In this document: in pieces, positions 58,069-64,000 of the stretch | Position numbering within the stretch: position 1 is the stretch's first letter | Layout of the letters: every line of letters starts with the position of its first letter | Assembly: GCA_963717435.1 (NCBI GenBank) | Contig: OY970332.1 | Span: forward strand, 768,001 to 832,000 | From: an uncultured bacterium | GTDB lineage: Bacteria; Babelota; Babeliae; Babelales; Babelaceae | Direction of reading: 5' to 3' | DNA: 64,000 nucleotides | Translations under genes and position numbers: made by a program | The notes under the pieces: model-generated | Told to the model about the DNA's origin: nothing | What the model saw: the letters and a program-made list of their open reading frames with translations, nothing else | Database searches by the model: none

Positions 58069-58362
58069 ATGTCATTAATTACAAAAGATGAAATTTTAAA
58101 GCTAGCTAAAATTTCACAAATAGCGATAACTGAACAAGAGATTGAAAAAGTTCAGAACGAGATTGAGCCGATTTTACAATATGCTTCTATTTTAAAAGAT
58201 GTTGCGCAGGGTAAAAAAACTGATGGTTTTGAATTCAAAAACAAAAATGTAACTCGCCCTGATGTTATTGCAAGAACAGATTCTGAGATTATCATCTCAC
58301 GTGCACCACTTGCACAGGATAACTTCTTTGTAGTGCCGGCTATAATAAAACAAAATGAGTAA
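58069..58362 (+). CDS. gatC: Asp/Glu-tRNA amidotransferase subunit C
   Basis: ITKDEILKLAKIS, NVTRPD and FFVVPAII; directly upstream of gatA. Confidence 0.92.
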   Translation: MSLITKDEILKLAKISQIAITEQEIEKVQNEIEPILQYASILKDVAQGKKTDGFEFKNKNVTRPDVIARTDSEIIISRAPLAQDNFFVVPAIIKQNE

Positions 58363-58374
58363 TTTGGGGCGTAT

Positions 58375-59817
58375 ATGAACAACTTAGCATTTAAAAGTAT
58401 AAAAGAGCTTAGAGAAAAATTAGTAAAAAAAGAGATAAGTTCCAAAGAGTTATTGGACCTGTTTATTTCAAGATTTAAAAAATTTGATAAGCAGCTAAAT
58501 TCTGCTATCGAAATATTTCCAACAGATTCGATAAAATTTGAAAACGAAACGGGAGCCCTTTCAGGTATTCCAGGCCTAATAAAAGATAATATTTGCCAGC
58601 AAGATAGAATAACATCTGCAAGTTCAAAAATATTAAGTAATTACAGCGCTTCTTACGACGCAACCGTAACAAAAAGAATTAAGAATTCAGGGGCCGTTTC
58701 TATTGGCCGCGCAAATTGCGATGAGTTTGCAATGGGAAGCTCAAATGAAACTTCTTATTATGGAAAAGTTTATAATCCATGGGATATTTCACGAGCACCC
58801 GGTGGTTCAAGCGGTGGCTCAGCAGCAGCAGTCGCGGCTGGTTTGGTTCCGTGGTCATTTGGATCAGAAACAGGTGGTTCAATAAGATTGCCGGCGATGT
58901 TTTGTGGTATTGTTGGTTCCAAGCCAACTTATGGTCTTGTTTCTCGTTATGGACTACTTGCTTACGGTTCATCACTGGATCAAGTTGGTGTCTTTACAAG
59001 AACTGTTTACGATAACGCTCTGGTTCTTTCTCAAATAGCGGGGCAAGACAAGCAAGATTCAACAACTTTGTCTGTATCTGCGCAGGATTACACAAAAAAT
59101 TTAACTGGTAAAATTAAATCGGGCATGACCATAGCAGTTATCGATAATGCCCTTAATGCTGAGGGTATGGAACCAGAAATAGCACAAATATTGGAATCAG
59201 CTTTAAAAGATTTAGAAAAACTTGGCGCTAAAATTAAAAGAATTAAGCTGCCAACTATGGAATATGGCGCAGCGGTTTATTTTATGATAAGCCGAGCTGA
59301 AGCAGCATCAAATCTATCAAGATTTGACGGTGTAAAATATGGTTATCGCAGCAAGAACGCAGAGACACTTTCGGATATGTATTCAAATACAAGAGAAGAG
59401 GGTTTTGGGGACGTTGTTAAGTTGCGAATATTAATCGGTAACTATGTTCTTTCTGTTGGACACGCCGATGCTTTTTATGAAAGTGCCCGTACTGTTCAGG
59501 CTATGATGCGACAAGAATTTTTGGAGGCATTCAAAGAATGTGATCTTTTGTTTGCACCTGTCGCCCCAATTCCTGCATTTAAATTTGGTGCATTTAAGAA
59601 TAACTTAGCTTTAGACTTAATGGATTACTTTACATGTCCTGCTAATTTGATCGGAATTCCGGCGCTTTCAGTTCCGTGTGGGTTCACAAAAGAGAATCTT
59701 CCTGTTGGGTTCCAGCTTATGGGGCCGCATCTGTCTGAAGATTTAATTTTCCAGACCGCGCACGCTTATGAACTTGTTAACGAATGGTATAATAAGATCC
59801 CGCAAGACTTTGTTTAA
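58375..59817 (+). CDS. gatA: Asp/Glu-tRNA amidotransferase subunit A
   Basis: [44 protein letters not shown] and LPVGFQL motifs. Confidence 0.97.
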   Translation: MNNLAFKSIKELREKLVKKEISSKELLDLFISRFKKFDKQLNSAIEIFPTDSIKFENETGALSGIPGLIKDNICQQDRITSASSKILSNYSASYDATVTKRIKNSGAVSIGRANCDEFAMGSSNETSYYGKVYNPWDISRAPGGSSGGSAAAVAAGLVPWSFGSETGGSIRLPAMFCGIVGSKPTYGLVSRYGLLAYGSSLDQVGVFTRTVYDNALVLSQIAGQDKQDSTTLSVSAQDYTKNLTGKIKSGMTIAVIDNALNAEGMEPEIAQILESALKDLEKLGAKIKRIKLPTMEYGAAVYFMISRAEAASNLSRFDGVKYGYRSKNAETLSDMYSNTREEGFGDVVKLRILIGNYVLSVGHADAFYESARTVQAMMRQEFLEAFKECDLLFAPVAPIPAFKFGAFKNNLALDLMDYFTCPANLIGIPALSVPCGFTKENLPVGFQLMGPHLSEDLIFQTAHAYELVNEWYNKIPQDFV

Positions 59818-59854
59818 GTTTTATAAAATTAAACTACAGAGTAATTCCCAACAG

Positions 59855-59899
59855 CCGCTCGCCCCGAGTGAAATTCCGTAGGAATTTAGTATCGAGGGG
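59855..59899 (+). repeat. palindromic element copy 8 (short)
   Basis: CCGCTCGCCCCGAGTG-AAATTCCGTAGGAATTT-AGTATCGAGGGG. Confidence 0.88.
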
Positions 59900-59939
59900 T
59901 CGGCATAGCGTGAGATTCGTAATAAATCTAATATAATTA

Positions 59940-59969
59940 ATAAACCCGGAAAGAAAAACCCGGGTTTAT
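59940..59969 (+). terminator. terminator-like hairpin after gatA
   Basis: ATAAACCCGG...CCGGGTTTAT. Confidence 0.5.
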
Positions 59970-60068
59970 CTGTTTGAAAATTTAATAAGTCTATTATTGA
60001 TTTCTATTTGAAAAATATAATATCTTGATCTTGAGTAACTGTCGTGTGCAAAAACGTTAGGGGGAGTT

Positions 60069-60899
60069 GTGCAAGACAAGACAAGCTTACTAACAAGATT
60101 TTTTTTGATATTTACTATTTTTTTCTCTGCTCAACCAGAAGGGGACAATCGGGAGAGCAGGTGCAAAAAAATATTTACGCCAAAATATTTCAATAGAGGG
60201 CTTCATACAGTCTTGGATGATGCCTTTGGTGTTGTGGGCAATTTATTTTGTAGGGACACCCTAAAAATAATTACAGGCGCCCTGCCAATCTATCTACTTT
60301 CAAGAATGCAAGACGAGCGGATCCAAAGATCTTTTTTTTACGACAGAAAGCATCACAAGAATTTGTGCGAGCACCACTCTTTCTTTTATCATCTTGCAGA
60401 TGAAGGGGTAGCGATTCCATTTAGTGCTGCTTTAGGCGCATTTTTGTTTTCAAAAAATTGTGATTTGCATACCACTTCACGTGTTTTTTTAATATCACTA
60501 CCAATTACATGGGCGACACGATCAGCTATGAAGGAGATAAAAGTTGATTGCTGCTTGCGACCTTGGAACCAACATTTTAGTAGCAAACACAGGTCTTTCG
60601 GAGGGTTCCCTTCTGGGCATATGCTTGAAATGGCATACATGACAACTCTATATGGAATTAGATTTGGACCAAAATGGGGCGTGCCGCTTGGGCTCTATAG
60701 CGCGTTTATATTTTCTGAATTTTTAGTTTGTAACAGGCACTATTTATCACAACTTGTTGCAGGTACCGCACTTGGCGTTGCATTTGCATATTCTGCTAAC
60801 AAAACTATTGAAAGGGACTTAAAGAAAAACAGCTGGGATTTTGATGTTTCTTGCGATCGCTGCGGCAACCCAAACTTAAAAGTCTGTTATAAGTTTTAA
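60069..60899 (+). CDS. PAP2 family phosphatase
   Basis: K.....RP, FPSGH and RHYLSQLVAG motifs. Confidence 0.88.
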   Translation: MQDKTSLLTRFFLIFTIFFSAQPEGDNRESRCKKIFTPKYFNRGLHTVLDDAFGVVGNLFCRDTLKIITGALPIYLLSRMQDERIQRSFFYDRKHHKNLCEHHSFFYHLADEGVAIPFSAALGAFLFSKNCDLHTTSRVFLISLPITWATRSAMKEIKVDCCLRPWNQHFSSKHRSFGGFPSGHMLEMAYMTTLYGIRFGPKWGVPLGLYSAFIFSEFLVCNRHYLSQLVAGTALGVAFAYSANKTIERDLKKNSWDFDVSCDRCGNPNLKVCYKF

Positions 60900-60953
60900 G
60901 CTTGTTTTGTGCTTATCTGACCCAGTTCTAATGCGATACTGCTAATTTGCAGA

Positions 60954-61430
60954 TTAAGTATTGTGCTTTTCTTCAAACATATTGGTCGTAAAGCTGCTCG
61001 TCAAAATACCAACTTTAATTTTAATATTTTTGCTATCGGGTGAAATTTTACAATTTCCGGGAACATATTTGCCATGTTCGCCAGATATACTATCTAATTT
61101 AGTTAGAGAGAATGGTTTCTTTGAAATTGTGCCAGTTAAACTTGAAAAAAATTTGTCTTCTGAATAATTGATAAGATAAACATATATATCAGGAAACTCT
61201 TGGCTATCAGCAACTACGGCAATCGCGTATTTTCCATTTGGGGCCTTCACTATTTCTATGACGTTATTAAGTACTGTTGTTTTTGACCATAATTTAAGTT
61301 CGTTTTGGTCAGTTGAAAATAAAACGTGATCTTCGGTTTTAGATATAATATTTTCAGGATATTCCATAGAGAAAATATTATGCTGCGCAAGATTAAATAT
61401 AACTAAGATTTGTAAAAATAATTTGCTCAT
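60954..61430 (-). CDS. secreted hypothetical protein (paralog of 61439..61936)
   Basis: Signal NIFS|MEY; LKLW...PNGKYAIA...CKISPD. Confidence 0.78.
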   Translation of the reverse strand: MSKLFLQILVIFNLAQHNIFSMEYPENIISKTEDHVLFSTDQNELKLWSKTTVLNNVIEIVKAPNGKYAIAVVADSQEFPDIYVYLINYSEDKFFSSLTGTISKKPFSLTKLDSISGEHGKYVPGNCKISPDSKNIKIKVGILTSSFTTNMFEEKHNT

Positions 61431-61438
61431 GTTCTTCC

Positions 61439-61936
61439 CTACTCGATTATGTCTACGCTAAACGTTGTCCTAAAGTATCCAAAAGTCTTTACCTTGATAA
61501 TTCTGCCATTCTCACTTATCTTGCAACTACCCAAATCATACCAACCTATAGTGTATATTAAGTTTGTTGAAAATTCTTCGACATCCAATATACCTGGATG
61601 AAATCGTGAGTGCATTTTACATTTTGCAAAGCTGATAAGATAAAACAATGCTTTGGGATATTTTATATCTTTTTCATCAATAGTTATGGCAATGGCATAT
61701 TTTTTATTTGGTGATTCTATTAATTCTTTAACTTCTCCAATTAAATTTGATACGTGCCATAATTTCAAATTATTGTCGTCATCCAAAAATAAGATATTTT
61801 TGATCCCATTTTTTTCTATTACAATTCTCTTTTCGTTTTTCTTGTCCTCTTCTTGATCTTGAGCAGCATCCATAGAAAAAATGTTTAAGTTTGTAAGATT
61901 TAATAAAAATAATGCTTGTAAAAATAATTTGTTCAT
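61439..61936 (-). CDS. secreted hypothetical protein (paralog of 60954..61430)
   Basis: Signal NIFS|MDA; LKLW...PNKKYAIA...CKISEN. Confidence 0.78.
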   Translation of the reverse strand: MNKLFLQALFLLNLTNLNIFSMDAAQDQEEDKKNEKRIVIEKNGIKNILFLDDDNNLKLWHVSNLIGEVKELIESPNKKYAIAITIDEKDIKYPKALFYLISFAKCKMHSRFHPGILDVEEFSTNLIYTIGWYDLGSCKISENGRIIKVKTFGYFRTTFSVDIIE

Positions 61937-62067
61937 GATCTTCCCAATTAATTTAATAATTAATAAATAAACATAAAATTAAGATTTTAAGTAATTTTAT
62001 CCTGTGCTATTTTATACATGAATTTTAAATTTATAAACAAAAAAAATGATTAAAATTGGGTGCGCCT

Positions 62068-62574
62068 ATGACAAAACAAGAGCGATTTGACAGAAACTTT
62101 TTACGCGTGGCTTGGACAACTGCGTTGAGCTTGTCAAAAGACCCACTAACGCAAGTTGGCGCGGTGATAGTATCAGAAGATTCACGACAAGTAAGTCTTG
62201 GTTATAACGGATTTTCTGCAGGAGTTGCCGAGCCTGAATCAAGATGGGCGCGGCCAGAAAAATATTCTTGGGTAATTCATGCAGAGATGAACGCTGTCAT
62301 GAACACTCCATTTGATACAAAAGGTTGTACGCTTTATTGCACGCACCAGCCATGTCACAGATGCATAGTTCACTTGGTTAATACCGGAATTAAAAAAATA
62401 GTTTATTATACGCCAAAGTCTGACGAGAGACCTGATATATTTCAAGAGATTTCTATGCTTTTTGATCAAGTTTATTGCATAGATTATGACGAAGTTGTTG
62501 AGAATCTAAAATCTATGTATCAAGTTGATCCTGTTAGATTTGTTGGGAAGATTTCCAGAGAAAAAAATATATAA
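62068..62574 (+). CDS. dCMP deaminase (ComEB-like)
   Basis: SKDP.TQVGA, GYNG, HAEMNA and PCHRC zinc motifs. Confidence 0.92.
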   Translation: MTKQERFDRNFLRVAWTTALSLSKDPLTQVGAVIVSEDSRQVSLGYNGFSAGVAEPESRWARPEKYSWVIHAEMNAVMNTPFDTKGCTLYCTHQPCHRCIVHLVNTGIKKIVYYTPKSDERPDIFQEISMLFDQVYCIDYDEVVENLKSMYQVDPVRFVGKISREKNI

Positions 62575-62579
62575 ACCCA

Positions 62580-62636
62580 CCGCTCGTCCCGAGTGTTTTT
62601 CGTAGCGCAAGCGAAGAAAAACGTATCGAGGGATGG
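62580..62636 (+). repeat. palindromic element copy 9
   Basis: CCGCTCGTCCCGAGTG-TTTTTCGTAGCGCAAGCGAAGAAAAA-CGTATCGAGGGATGG. Confidence 0.92.
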
Positions 62637-62693
62637 CGGTAAACACTAATATTATATAATAATTTATATATTTTTATAATTGCAAAAAATGCT

Positions 62694-62748
62694 CATCCCT
62701 CGATACAATCACCTTCACTACGTTTCGGTGATCACTCGGGACGAGCGG
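62694..62748 (-). repeat. palindromic element copy 10
   Basis: Minus strand reads CCGCTCGTCCCGAGTG-ATCACCGAAACGTAGTGAAGGTGAT-TGTATCGAGGGATG. Confidence 0.92.
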
Positions 62749-62803
62749 TTTTGCTTACGTATACAATTTATGTAAAATTCCACAGAATCTAATTATCAAA
62801 AAT

Positions 62804-63616
62804 TTAATTTTGCTTTAGGCCGAAAATCTTGTAGCAGTTGTTTGTGGTGACTGTTGAAATAGTTTGCAAATCTAGTCCAAGCAGTTCTCCAACAAAATTT
62901 GCTATAGTGACTATCTCTTTTGGGTGATTAACCTGCCCGCGGATGTTTTGGGGCGGCAAAAACGGCGCGTCGGTTTCAAGAACAATATTTTCAACTCCGA
63001 CAGATTTGACGACGTCACGTAATATATTATTTTTCGGATAAGTTATTGTTCCGCCAATTCCTAAAACAAAACCCATATTTATAGCATCTTGCGCAAAGCC
63101 AAGATCTTCAGAGAAGCAGTGAATTACGCCACGTAATTTGGTGTCTTTAAACTGTTCAAGATGTTTCAGGACATCGTCACCTGCGTCACGTGTGTGAATA
63201 GAGAGTGCAAGATTGTGCTCCAAAGCTAACTCTATTTGTGCTTTAAATGCATCTATTTGCAAGTTTTTGCTATATTCTGGATAGTGATAATCTAACCCAG
63301 TTTCGCCTATAGCCACGATTTTGTGGCCAACTTGTTCAAGATATTTTTCCAGCTCTTTCAGTTCTTTGTGCCAGTCTTTGGTGCAATCGTTTGGATGAAT
63401 GCCTATAGACGCAAAAACATTTGCAAATAAATTGGCAAGCTCTATACTATTGAGACTTTCTATAAAACTTGTCCCGATATTAATTATTTTTTTAACCCCG
63501 CAGTTTCCTGCCTCGGTTATTATATTATTTGCTTGCTGAAAATTTTCTTGATTTAATCTGACATCAAAAGCCTTTTTGACAATCATATTAATGTGACAAT
63601 GTGTATCTACTAGCAT
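62804..63616 (-). CDS. tatD: TatD family DNase
   Basis: DTHCH, GIHP, AIGETGLDY, IHTR, GVIHCF and LETDAPFL motifs. Confidence 0.95.
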   Translation of the reverse strand: MLVDTHCHINMIVKKAFDVRLNQENFQQANNIITEAGNCGVKKIINIGTSFIESLNSIELANLFANVFASIGIHPNDCTKDWHKELKELEKYLEQVGHKIVAIGETGLDYHYPEYSKNLQIDAFKAQIELALEHNLALSIHTRDAGDDVLKHLEQFKDTKLRGVIHCFSEDLGFAQDAINMGFVLGIGGTITYPKNNILRDVVKSVGVENIVLETDAPFLPPQNIRGQVNHPKEIVTIANFVGELLGLDLQTISTVTTNNCYKIFGLKQN

Positions 63617-63764
63617 CTATGCCCCAAAATAAACGTTTTTTTGATTTCAAAAGTTGACAAACTCATAAATAGAATTACGCTATTTTGAAAATCAAGCAAG
63701 TAAAATATGCATCTTTCAAGCGGTGCATAAAACCTTATTAACCCATAAGTATAGGAGTCTTTCA

Positions 63765-64000
63765 ATGAATAAGACTGAATTAATCAATGCGCTGTCTGAA
63801 GAAACTACCTTCAGCAAAAAAGATATCTCTAGAGTTCTAGACAGCTTTGCGCGTATTTTAGAGCGTACCTTGAGAAAAGGTGACAAATTGCAATGGTCAG
63901 GATTTGGTACTTTCTCAGTATCTCGCCGTCCAGCTCGTGACGGAATCAATCCTGCAACAAAACAAAAGATCAGATTGAGCGAAACATTTGTTCCTAAATT
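63765..64000 (+). CDS. hup: HU family DNA-binding protein (truncated by window)
   Basis: AGGAG RBS; MNKTELINAL...GFGTFSV..RPARDGINPAT...PK. Confidence 0.93.
   Translation, partial: MNKTELINALSEETTFSKKDISRVLDSFARILERTLRKGDKLQWSGFGTFSVSRRPARDGINPATKQKIRLSETFVPK

Noticed and set aside
58069-59817. gatCA without adjacent gatB
   Set aside because: A separate gatB is common in bacteria; cannot be judged from this window.
63716-63949. 77-aa minus-strand ORF
   Set aside because: Shadow of the HU gene starting at 63765 on +.

Overview
AT-rich bacterial chromosome segment (genetic code 11). Gene content and style point to an obligate protist-infecting lineage, most likely Dependentiae/Babelota (TM6); this is an inference. 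Housekeeping genes (rplS 3' end, atpB/atpE, rbfA, rpsU, gltX, BamA/TamA, metG, topA, rsmG, gatCA, dCMP deaminase, tatD, HU) alternate with many signal-peptide-bearing orphan proteins. Highlights: (1) a dispersed palindromic element family, CCGCTCG-NNNN-GAGTG-[hairpin]-GTATCGA-N'N'N'N', at 10 loci (12 copies). It shows compensatory covariation, sense-strand bias and nesting, and has three in-frame insertions into protein-coding genes (Rickettsia RPE-like behaviour). (2) An F0 c subunit made of four fused c hairpins (E61/Q141/E221/D300) next to atpB. (3) A roughly 12-14 kb tandem array of mosaic, module-shuffled secreted helical proteins, with a repeated hairpin+promoter unit ahead of most genes. 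(4) A toxin-antitoxin cassette inserted at the 3' end of the prepilin peptidase gene, flanked by a 121-bp duplication that contains a dyad. (5) A recurring Met-Glu/Asp motif right after the signal peptide of unrelated exported proteins. (6) Several degenerate enzymes, including a FolC-like protein with an RGRP insertion. No tRNA, rRNA, CRISPR array, integrase or transposase was recognised.
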